A DNA stretch of 63,608 bases, counting the filler, from Octopus bimaculoides (lineage: Eukaryota): the NCBI RefSeq assembly GCF_001194135.2. It is 7 parts of 6 records of this genome, joined end to end, with 100 filler letters (N's around TTAATTAATTAA, not from the genome) between each part and the next. Parts side by side here need not be neighbours in the genome. Positions count along the whole stretch, not along the records: positions 50,793 to 55,459 come from NC_068984.1; positions 55,560 to 58,809 come from NC_068982.1; positions 58,910 to 60,828 come from NW_026395053.1; positions 60,929 to 63,608 come from NC_069008.1; 3 more parts are not named here. The stretch is one strand, 5' to 3'. A program made the position numbers and the translations under genes. Under the pieces are notes generated by a model. That model saw nothing but the letters and a program-made list of their open reading frames with translations, was not told the DNA's origin and ran no database searches. Of this stretch, positions 53,570 to 63,608 are shown one piece after another. Every line of letters starts with the position of its first letter. Positions within the stretch are counted from its first letter, which is position 1.

Positions 53570-55102
53570 CGGTGGATCTCGAAACAAATGTTGCTATAAA
53601 TAATAGCGTGTAAATATTTGGTTAAAAACTCATCCTTCGACTTTTCCTATCCAAAGAGCTTTTTAGCACATTATTTAACGCAATTATTTAGTTTTATACG
53701 TTTCAATTTTCACCGTTTCAAAAATAAATCATTTCACGTTCTGTCGAAGATTTTAAATCCTTATGCAAAAACAATATATGTATATTTATAGTTACATCTC
53801 TATCTAAACACACACACGCACACACATATATGTATGTATGTATGTATGTGTGTGTATGTATGTATGCATGTATGTATGTATGTGTGTGTATGTATGTATG
53901 TATGTATTCAATGACCTACCCCCATATACACATATACTATTAGTCAACTTTTATTTCAAACTTTTTCCCATTAAATTCATTACCTTTTCTCGAGAACACC
54001 ACTCCATTCTGACCAATCGTATTGTTTCTCCGTTTTTCTTTTTAGTCGATAGTCACCCCTAGCAACGATCTCTGACGTAGTATTATATCTTTCATTTCCT
54101 ATTGATAGTATTTGGTTACACGGTAAAAATGCTTCTATTGGAGTTTTGTTTACATGACTCAGTCCATTTGTACNNNNNNNNNNNNNNNNNNNNNNNNNNN
54201 NNNNNNNNNNNNNNNNNNNNNNNNNNNNNNNNNNNNNNNNNNNNNNNNNNNNNNNNNNNNNNNNNNNNNNNNNNNNNNNNNNNNNNNNNNNNNNNNNNNN
54301 NNNNNNNNNNNNNNNNNNNNNNNNNNNNNNNNNNNNNNNNNNNNNNNNNNNNNNNNNNNNNNNNNNNNNNNNNNNNNNNNNNNNNNNNNNNNNNNNNNNN
54401 NNNNNNNNNNNNNNNNNNNNNNNNNNNNNNNNNNNNNNNNNNNNNNNNNNNNNNNNNNNNNNNNNNNNNNNNNNNNNNNNNNNNNNNNNNNNNNNNNNNN
54501 NNNNNNNNNNNNNNNNNNNNNNNNNNNNNNNNNNNNNNNNNNNNNNNNNNNNNNNNNNNNNNNNNNNNNNNNNNNNNNNNNNNNNNNNNNNNNNNNNNNN
54601 NNNNNNNNNNNNNNNNNNNNNNNNNNNNNNNNNNNNNNNNNNNNNNNNNNNNNNNNNNNNNNNNNNNNNNNNNNNNNNNNNNNNNNNNNNNNNNNNNNNN
54701 NNNNNNNNNNNNNNNNNNNNNNNNNNNNNNNNNNNNNNNNNNNNNNNNNNNNNNNNNNNNNNNNNNNNNNNNNNNNNNNNNNNNNNNNNNNNNNNNNNNN
54801 NNNNNNNNNNNNNNNNNNNNNNNNNNNNNNNNNNNNNNNNNNNNNNNNNNNNNNNNNNNNNNNNNNNNNNNNNNNNNNNNNNNNNNNNNNNNNNNNNNNN
54901 NNNNNNNNNNNNNNNNNNNNNNNNNNNNNNNNNNNNNNNNNNNNNNNNNNNNNNNNNNNNNNNNNNNNNNNNNNNNNNNNNNNNNNNNNNNNNNNNNNNN
55001 NNNNNNNNNNNNNNNNNNNNNNNNNNNNNNNNNNNNNNNNNNNNNNNNNNNNNNNNNNNNNNNNNNNNNNNNNNNNNNNNNNNNNNNNNNNNNNNNNNNN
55101 NN

Positions 55103-55295
55103 ATATATATATATATATACATATATACGACGGGCTTCTTTCAGTTTCCGTCTACCAAATCCACTCACAAGGCTTTGGTCGACCCGAGGCTATAGTAGAA
55201 GACACTTGCTCAAGGTGTCACGCATTGGGACTGAACCCGGAACCATGTGGTTGGTAATCAAGCTACTTACCACACAGTCACTCCTGCGCCTATAC
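55103..55295 (-). mobile_element. SINE family A 5' half
   Basis: (TA)n-cgacgggcttctttcagtttccgtctacc...cacacagtcactcctgcgcc. Confidence 0.9.
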
Positions 55296-55383
55296 ATATA
55301 TAATTTTATCATACATGTATATATATATAAACACGTTTGTCCTCTGCTTCAGTAAGCTTCGCGAGAACCTTGTGTGTGTGTGT

Positions 55384-55424
<41 letters not shown>

Positions 55425-55856
55425 TGTGTGTGAGCATGTGTGTGTGTGTGTGTGTGTGTNNNNNNNNNNNNNNNNNNNNNNNNNNNNNNNNNNNNNNNNN
55501 NNNTTAATTAATTAANNNNNNNNNNNNNNNNNNNNNNNNNNNNNNNNNNNNNNNNNNNNATATATATATATTTATATTTATATATTTATATATTTGATCC
55601 TTTATATTGAACACTCAATATTTCATCTACATTCAATACTTTCTTTCATGGTGCCATCCATATTTATTTTATTTTATTTTATATTGTATATTGTATATCA
55701 TATTATATATTGTATATTCCATATTCTATACCCCACATTAGTTCTGCAGGAATATAAATAAAACATAAAAAACAGACAGTGTTGGAAGCACTTTTAAACA
55801 AAATAATATATATATGTATGTATACTTTATTTAAAAGCAGCAGAAATATAACAAAA

Positions 55857-55890
55857 GACTGTTACTCTGAGTTTCACGTTCCCGTTCATA
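55857..55890 (-). ncRNA. Truncated hammerhead motif
   Basis: Minus strand (TA)n-ATGA-ACG-GGAA-CGT-GAAAC-TC-A-GAG-TA-ACAG; the 5' CUG and stem I strand are replaced by (TA)n. Confidence 0.45.
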
Positions 55891-56789
55891 TATATATATA
55901 TGAGGGGTGTATGTGTATGTATCCTCTTACCCACCCTCTACTGCCTATTTCTGTTGCACATGTTTCGAAGAAAATTAATTTTGTGTGCACACAAACCCTA
56001 AGTCCTACCATTACCCACATAAGCACGCTATACATTCGATATATCTATTCTGTATTTTGACTTCCACCTTAACTGATCCTTTAACTCCCTTTTCTAGCGC
56101 CCATACCGCCTTGTCGTAAACACTTTTAACACTCAGCATCTCATAATTCACTGCCCTCCACCAAAAGCAAGAGACTCAAATTACAACAAATCTCCTCTTG
56201 ATTTATTTCTCAAAGACATTCGACGACCGACCGAAACACTCTTCTTTTAAAATATTTTGTGCAAATAATTACCTCCTACAGCTTATCATTAATACTTGGC
56301 GTGGTGATCGATGAATTCGGAGTTGTAGCAGTCTAGATGCCATTAACATTTTTACACACACATTTGGCGCATCAAACATAGTGGCGTAGAATATAAAATA
56401 TCTCCGTGTTTTAAAGATGTATTTCATTGTATTGTAAGATGTGAAGCCACATAATATATCTAGATAAATCTCTTGATCGTAATCAAACTAGCCATGAAAG
56501 GTCTCGTGATCTGTGATTTTCCTGTTTAAATACTTCAGAATATTCCAGTACTTTGCACCCAAATCATTCATTCTATTCCACTTTTTTTCTAAGCAACCCT
56601 CCTATTATTATAAATAATTATATTTAACTTTATATTTTTCATTGTAGTAATGTTAAATTAAGATATAAATATTTTGGCTCAATACAAATAATTTTTTTAA
56701 TCAAAACTATTCACTTAAACTGAAAAAATTGCAATAAAAAGAAAAAAAGAAATATATATAAGTGCACACACTAGTTGATGAACAATTTC

Positions 56790-57430
56790 AGAAATTTAAT
56801 TTCATCCAAATTTTCCCAAATAACTTCAGCTTCATTTTTCTCGGCTTTTTTTCCGGTAGCTACTCACACATCTGGTCGATATAATGCTGTCTTTTCCAAT
56901 ATACTGACAGAAAACATCATATTAAAAGCAGGAAAGGGTTGTAATAATTGATAACTTTTTCAGATGATTTTCTCTGAAGTTGATAAAGCTTTTTAACACC
57001 TTTTCTATTTATTCTTAATTTGACACTTTAGGCAACGGTGAAGAAATTAAATTTCCTTCAGCCTTAGGAAAGCCAAATCGGCATTGTCTGTCCGGATTGT
57101 TTTTGTTTTCCATAAATTTATGGCAAGTTTTGCTGCATGAATACATTTGAAAACAACTGACCAAATTATAATGAGTGACACTAGATACTGAAAAAGACAA
57201 TCTGCAAGTTATGAATTGGTTTTTAAACGTTTGTATTTTTTCTGGAGAATCTTTGTCCACCCAAATTTCCATATGAACATAAGGAATCTCTCTTTCCTTT
57301 TACTCTGTTTTCCAAAAATAATGTGTGATTTTGCCACAAATTGGATTGTTTTTGCAAAGATCACTTTATTCATTACAGTTTTTAATCGGTGATAAAAATC
57401 CTCGCTAATATCATTTACACACAAAGTGTT
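56790..57430 (-). mobile_element. Helitron/Helentron Rep-domain fragment, decayed
   Basis: FYHRLKTVMNKVIF..PYVHMEIWV (QRG.PH.H..IW-like), FQMYSCSKTCHK..CRFGFP, WENLDEIKF (W.AN.DIQF-like); frameshifted. Confidence 0.7.
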
Positions 57431-57498
57431 TGTTTTGATAGTTTAAATATATATATATATATATTTAATTTAAAAAGAACCTTCAAGTCAATGTTGGG

Positions 57499-58790
57499 GT
57501 TAATTACCATTTATTTTGTCACTTAAAGACACTACATTTTTCGGCAGCTAATATTGTTTAACGAAGTTCTCACTATAAGATTCTTCCCAATGAACACATT
57601 CTTTCAAACCCAGTTAATCTATACTTTTCCCTTAAAATAACTGAGATATATTGATTCAAAATCAATCTTTTTTTACTAATGAACCAAAATTAACCAAATT
57701 TCAATTATTTTATTCCAAAAGTAGCTTAAGACTGGACTATCACGGCTAAAGGAAGACGCATTCAATTTGGTTGAGAACTGACTTGGTGATAAGGCATAGA
57801 AGTGCTTGTGAGTGACTAAAAGTTGACTTCAAGAGTGTAATCATCCATTGTCGTACGTCAATGATAGGAAATGGAATTCAATTTGTTTGAGAACTGACGT
57901 ACTGATGAAGCTTCGAAATGCTCAGGATTGACTAAATGGCGGCCTTAACAATATATCCCCCCACTCCCGTGGATAAATACTATATGTAAACTAACTTTGA
58001 AGCACCGAGTGAGTTGGCAGTTTATAGACTATAAAGGAAATCTCGAACGCAGAATAACTGTCAAAACAGCTTAGAAGATCAAGGAAAAAAGATGACCAAG
58101 CACATCACTATAGGAAATCATATCTTGTGCCTCAAATGCCGACTAAGCGCTCTGCACCATTAAGCTAAGGGATCCTTAACATCAAACACTGTTCTTTATA
58201 ATGCTCAGTAGTTTTAAACGACAAAAATAATTTTATTTGTTTAAATGATCACCTTTTTTTCGTCACTTAAAGCGACACATTTTTGTAGCTAACAATTTTT
58301 GAACTGATTTTCATTCTAAGATTCTTCTCATTGAGCACTTTTATTTGAACATAAATAGCATATAGCTTAGATATTTTGATTCAAATTAAATTTTGCAGGT
58401 TATTTACCATTTTTTCGCCCTTTAAAGTCACACTGCTTTTTTCGTAGTCATATTTTTTAATGGAGTTTTCACCAAAGGATTATTTTCAGTGAGCGAATTC
58501 GTTCAACCCGATTAATCTATAATTTTCTATTAAAATAAGTGAGATATTTTTTATTCAAAGTCAATTTTTCACCTTACTTTCCTATCTTTGACCTCACTTA
58601 TTTTTATCTTACTTTTTTTCTACTGAACCTAATTTCAATTATTTTCTCTCCAAATATAGCTTAGGAATTGAATATCGTTGCTAAAGTAACTCCATTCAAT
58701 TTGGTTGAGAAATGACTTAGTAATGAAACCTAGACGTCTTTACGAGTAACTAAAAGTTAATCCTCAGAATACATTCATCCACTGCCATGC
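57499..58790. repeat. Old degenerate tandem repeat of an approximately 370-bp unit
   Basis: gtcacttaaag at 57518 and 58262 (variant near 58420); cattcaatttggttgagaa at 57759 and 58693 (variant at 57876). Confidence 0.75.
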
Positions 58791-58909
58791 AGAGAAATTC
58801 ATATATATANNNNNNNNNNNNNNNNNNNNNNNNNNNNNNNNNNNNNNNNNNNNTTAATTAATTAANNNNNNNNNNNNNNNNNNNNNNNNNNNNNNNNNNN
58901 NNNNNNNNN

Positions 58910-58966
<57 letters not shown>

Positions 58967-59015
58967 CGTCGAAAAGTACCTTAGGAATGAGAACCCAGGT
59001 TTGAAATTTCCCCAA

Positions 59016-59063
59016 GACACCTGATGAAGGCTTTCGAGGGTATATCAGCCGAAACGTTGTGTT
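59016..59063 (+). ncRNA. Minimal type-I hammerhead ribozyme, apparently intact, within a ~190-bp element (58963-59152)
   Basis: Stem I GACAC/GTGTT, core CTGATGA (59021-59027), extra A, stem II GGCT/AGCC, GAAAC, palindromic AACGTT stem III, GUU cleavage triplet at 59056-59058. Confidence 0.75.
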
Positions 59064-59152
59064 AACAACAAACAAGATGAGGACAAATGTCTGTCAAATA
59101 TAAATAATGTAAATAATGTACATAATTCCTCATCTCTTAAATATAGAACTGT

Positions 59153-59350
59153 ATTTCGGAAACATTTTTCACGCTCAGAATTGCTGAAGCATGGACTAAA
59201 TTGCCTGTTTCCGTTGTACCTGTAATTCAAAGGGCCAGCCGTGTCACACTCTGAGTCACGCTGAATTTCTCCGAGAACTACGTTAAGGGTACACGTGTCT
59301 GTGGAGTGCTCAGCCACTTGCATGTTAATTTCACGAGCAAGCTGTTCCGT
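59153..59350 (+). mobile_element. SINE family D 3' part
   Basis: Homologous to 21170-21300. Confidence 0.8.
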
Positions 59351-59859
59351 AGTAATTATATACAGTACATGTATGCATCCATAGATACAGACGATGGACA
59401 GATAGACAGCGAGACAGACGGACGGATGGACAGACAGCCTGGTAGATAAGTAGACAGACAGACAAATACATAGATACATATAAACAGACAGACAGATAGA
59501 TGGATATTTTTCACTTATAATGAAGCCTATATCAGGCTCTACATTAATTCTACCAGAAATTTCCATAGGTGACGTAAATATTTTGTACCATAAAGAAACG
59601 AGAAACAAACGCGATCTTTGCTCTTAATAATAAACAAATTTACACGTCACGATAACTTGACATTGCGTGTGTGCACTGATAAAGAGCAACGCGATATGAG
59701 TCTAAGGGAGACTACTCTCATTTCTTAGAAAAGATAAGCAATTCATATTAATACACGGTTGTCTCCCTTACAATCATGAGGCATTTGTTTTGTTTTTTAG
59801 CATCTGTTGCAAGACTTTTTCTCCATGTTATAAGTGATAGTATATTGACTAGCCAAATG

Positions 59860-60075
59860 TGACCTGCTGGCAGAAACGTTGGTACGTCGGATAAAATGTT
59901 AAGTGACATTACATCTGGTTCTCTATGTTCTGAGCTCAAATCACACCGAGGTCGATTACGCATTTCGGGGTCGATAAAATGTGGTACCATTCACATACTG
60001 AGGTATTTTTCCATTTTTTTTTCTAATCCATTTGGCCCCTTCCCCTCAAAATTGATGACTTTGTACGATAATTAG
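59860..60075 (+). mobile_element. SINE family B, degenerate
   Basis: ctggcagaaacgttggtacgtcgg..ccgaggtcgatt..tttcggggtcgataaaat. Confidence 0.7.
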
Positions 60076-60089
60076 AAAGAAGTCTCTTA

Positions 60090-60505
60090 TGTTTTACTTG
60101 TTCCAGTCATTGGACAGCGGTCAGACTGCAGCACAGCTTTGAAGGGTAGTAGTCGAACAAATCGAACCTGGTACTTTTTTGAAGTTTGGTTCTTATTCAA
60201 TCGGTCACTTTCCCCGAACTGCTAAGTTACGGGGACGGAAACAAAAATCTACACCGGTTGTCAAGCGGTGGAGAACAGATACAAAAATAAACACACAGAA
60301 ACACACACACAAACACACAAACAGATAAACAAACAAATACATACATACAACAGGCTTCCATGCAGTTTCCGTCTATCAAATCCATCACAAGGCTTTGGTC
60401 GATCCGGGGCTATAGTAAAAGACGCTTGTTCAATGTACCACGCAATGGGACTGAACCCGAAACCATGTGGTTGGGAAGCAAAATTCTTACCACACAGCCA
60501 TGGTT
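60090..60505 (-). mobile_element. SINE family A, full length
   Basis: Tail, central CA tract and head in reverse orientation. Confidence 0.85.
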
Positions 60506-60734
60506 GTGTATGTCTCTGTAAGAAAAACAATGTTAACTCGACGAACAAGATTTAAATTGTGATTCATGTAAGAACGGGCAACCCTCCACATATTGTTTCT
60601 CCTTAACTGTCAGAAAAACGAATATTCTTCAATGAAATGTTCTACAAATACCGTGCAGATGGTGTAGATTCCGAATATAATCGTCTATTTATCTAATATC
60701 AAGGCCTCATTCTTTTGTTTTTTACTTTTCATCA

Positions 60735-60828
<94 letters not shown>

Positions 60829-61139
60829 NNNNNNNNNNNNNNNNNNNNNNNNNNNNNNNNNNNNNNNNNNNNTTAATTAATTAANNNNNNNNNNNNNNNN
60901 NNNNNNNNNNNNNNNNNNNNNNNNNNNNGAATGCCATTGAAGAATCTACTGAAGTGGTTGACATAAAGAAGGGCATCTGGCTGAAAAAAAATATCTCAAA
61001 GGGGTAACTATGATGAGTATGGTTACTGTCAGTGGGGGGGTCAATGATTTTGTTAAGGGCACAAAGGTTAAGCCATGATTTGACAGGAGAAACGGATTTG
61101 AAATATTGAGTGTTCTAATGAATTTTAACAATGATAGAA

Positions 61140-61751
61140 TCATATTTTCCCATGGGTTGCTGCATGTATAGTCAAGTTCTTTCTCCGAAAAAATGATTTA
61201 CCGCAGATATCACAGTGAAATTGTCTCTCACCTGTATGAGTACGTTTGTGACTAGTTAAGGTCGAGTTGTCAGAGAATGATTTACCACAGGTAATACAGT
61301 GAAATGGCTTTTCTCCTGTATGAATATATGTGTGTGTAGTTAATTCACTGTTTTGAGAGAATGATTTACCACAGGTAACACAGTGATATGGTCTCTCTCC
61401 TGTATGAAAACGTTTGTGTCGATTTAAGTGACTGTTTTGAGAGAATGATTTACCACAGGTAACACAGTGAAATGGCTTTTCTCCAGTATGAATACGTTTG
61501 TGATTAGTTAAGGCACTGTTTTGAGAGAATGATTTACCACAAGTAACACAGCGAAATGGCTTTTCTCCTGTATGGATACGTGTGTGTGTAGTTAATTCAC
61601 TGTTCTGAGAGAATGATTTATCACAGGTAACACAGTGAAATGGCTTCTCACCTGTATGAACACGAATGTGATTAATCAAGTTACTACTTGTAGAGAAAGA
61701 TTTACCACAGATTTCACACCAATGTTGTGATTTTCCCAATTCTTTTGCCAT
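61140..61751 (-). CDS. C2H2 zinc-finger protein, 7 tandem fingers (203 aa from the ATG of MAKELGK)
   Basis: Open frame with CxxC-x12-H-x3-H fingers and TGEKPF/TGERPY linkers; no effector domain visible; may be the last exon of a spliced gene. Confidence 0.9.
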   Translation of the reverse strand: MAKELGKSQHWCEICGKSFSTSSNLINHIRVHTGEKPFHCVTCDKSFSQNSELTTHTRIHTGEKPFRCVTCGKSFSQNSALTNHKRIHTGEKPFHCVTCGKSFSQNSHLNRHKRFHTGERPYHCVTCGKSFSQNSELTTHTYIHTGEKPFHCITCGKSFSDNSTLTSHKRTHTGERQFHCDICGKSFFRRKNLTIHAATHGKI

Positions 61752-62567
61752 TTCTCTGAGGGATACAAACAGATCCAACCATTGAAGTTTCTCACAGTAT
61801 TAAATTTTCCCCTTATCCTTCTTCTCTCACCAAAGCATGTAATTTCCTTCTTCTTGTTCTTGTTATAATTTATTCCTTAGAAATATTTCAACTGCTATCA
61901 ACTGTGATTTTATTGATAACTAAAATTCTGCAAACTCCTTTGCAAATATATTCNNNNNNNNNNNNNNNNNNNNNNNNNNNNNNNNNNNNNNNNNNNNNNN
62001 NNNNNNNNNNNNNNNNNNNNNNNNNNNNNNNNNNNNNNNNNNNNNNNNNNNNNNNNNNNNNNNNNNNNNNNNNNNNNNNNNNNNNNNNNNNNNNNNNNNN
62101 NNNNNNNNNNNNNNNNNNNNNNNNNNNNNNNNNNNNNNNNNNNNNNNNNNNNNNNNNNNNNNNNNNNNNNNNNNNNNNNNNNNNNNNNNNNNNNNNNNNN
62201 NNNNNNNNNNNNNNNNNNNNNNNNNNNNNNNNNNNNNNNNNNNNNNNNNNNNNNNNNNNNNNNNNNNNNNNNNNNNNNNNNNNNNNNNNNNNNNNNNNNN
62301 NNNNNNNNNNNNNNNNNNNNNNNNNNNNNNNNNNNNNNNNNNNNNNNNNNNNNNNNNNNNNNNNNNNNNNNNNNNNNNNNNNNNNNNNNNNNNNNNNNNN
62401 NNNNNNNNNNNNNNNNNNNNNNNNNNNNNNNNNNNNNNNNNNNNNNNNNNNNNNNNNNNNNNNNNNNNNNNNNNNNNNNNNNNNNNNNNNNNNNNNNNNN
62501 NNNNNNNNNNNNNNNNNNNNNNNNNNNNNNNNNNNNNNNNNNNNNNNNNNNNNNNNNNNNNNNNNNN

Positions 62568-62800
62568 TGACTTACTTCTTTTTAATCTCATCAATGTAAA
62601 ACTCTTTTGGTTTCAAAGCGAAGAACTCTGAAATGTCAGTTTCGACCTCCTCCTGACTTGCGAAAGTTATGTCCCCCAAATGATTCTGTAAACTACGAAA
62701 CAAATGGTAGTCTGAAGGAGCAAGGGTGGGAGAATAAGGTGGATGAGGAATTTTGCCCAACCAAGCTTTTCGATCTTCTGTGATGTGATCTTTGTAGTGT
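62568..62800 (-). mobile_element. Mariner transposase C-terminal fragment
   Basis: IPHPPYSPTLAPSDYHLFRSLQNHL..FASQEEVETDISEFFALKPKEFYIDEI (YSPDLAPSD motif). Confidence 0.9.
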
Positions 62801-62829
62801 GGGGTCAACAACAAAGATTTCATTTCATT

Positions 62830-63110
62830 CGCTCAATGGAAGAGCCTTCTCCTGAAATTAACGTGCAAGTGGCTGAGTACTCCACAGACACAAGTACGCT
62901 TAACGTAAATCTCTGGAGGATTTGGCATGACACAGTATTTGACAAGGCTGACCCTTTTGAAATACAGGTGCTACTCATTTTTGCCAGCTGAGTGGGCTGG
63001 AGAAACGTGAAATAAAGTGTCTTGCTCAAGGACACAATGTGCCACTGGGAATCGAACTTGCGGATTTACGATTGCAACTTGAATGCCCTAACCACTAAGC
63101 CACATGCCTC
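62830..63110 (-). mobile_element. SINE family D with tRNA-like head
   Basis: Reverse head (gccctaaccactaagccacatgcctcc), core tgaaataaagtgtcttgctcaagg and the family D 3' part. Confidence 0.8.
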
Positions 63111-63608
63111 CCTTATGCTGACATAACAGCTGGCAAACGGCCTTCCCTAAATGCATGATCTGGTTTCTATTCCACAAAATTATCAACGTTCTCTTTGAGC
63201 GTGTAAAAGACAAATTTCCGTGGGGCAAAATGAGTAAGACACGATAAGATAAGTGTGTAACATATACGCATCAATATCCATCTTTGGACATGAGAAATGC
63301 AACAGAAGCTTTAAATGTTTTGGTCAGATTGGAAGAGAATCACGGAAGAATCACGTGGCCCTTACCGAAATTTTTTCGAAATGTCTTATTTTTTTTTAAC
63401 TCCCCCTCCCCCATCCTATTTTACCATCTCTGGACCGATTTTCGTCGATTTTGTGGGCATTTAAAAAACAAAGGAGAAACGATTTTGGCCAAAAAACCAA
63501 AAATTAATGGAAAGATGTGATTTAAGGGAGATTTGGCTGTTGTTTCTAGCGTATACGATAACCGGTAAGGTTTAGAGGTTGATAAAAATCATAAATTTGG
63601 AAAAAAAA

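Noticed and set aside
57898-57925. CTGATGA-AGCTTC-GAAA hammerhead-like string
   Set aside because: No real stem II, and the homologous positions in the sister repeat units (57780, 58715) lack the motif
59675-59700. CTGATAA-AGAGC-AAC-GCGATA
   Set aside because: Core and GAAA are both non-canonical; too degenerate to support

Overview
Eukaryotic, AT-rich draft-assembly DNA, very rich in microsatellites and with many N gaps. The SINE families, the repeat density and the style of the C2H2 gene point to a cephalopod such as Octopus (inference). The only supportable host gene is a 7-finger C2H2 zinc-finger ORF at 61140-61751 (-). The rest is a mosaic of tRNA-derived SINE families, four decayed Penelope-like element (PLE; RT + GIY-YIG) fragments from about three lineages, two REL-type LINE fragments, Tc1/mariner relics, a Helitron/Helentron Rep fragment, a hAT MITE with an 8-bp TSD and a candidate solo LTR. 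The most interesting signal is a set of up to seven short non-coding elements carrying minimal type-I hammerhead ribozyme motifs. One is essentially intact (59016-59063) and the others are variant or decayed. Almost all abut microsatellites and one appears nested inside a SINE, which suggests non-autonomous PLE-terminal or retrozyme-like families. Several apparent duplications and six TTAATTAATTAA islands are assembly artefacts. Most ORFs in the supplied track are microsatellite or N translations.
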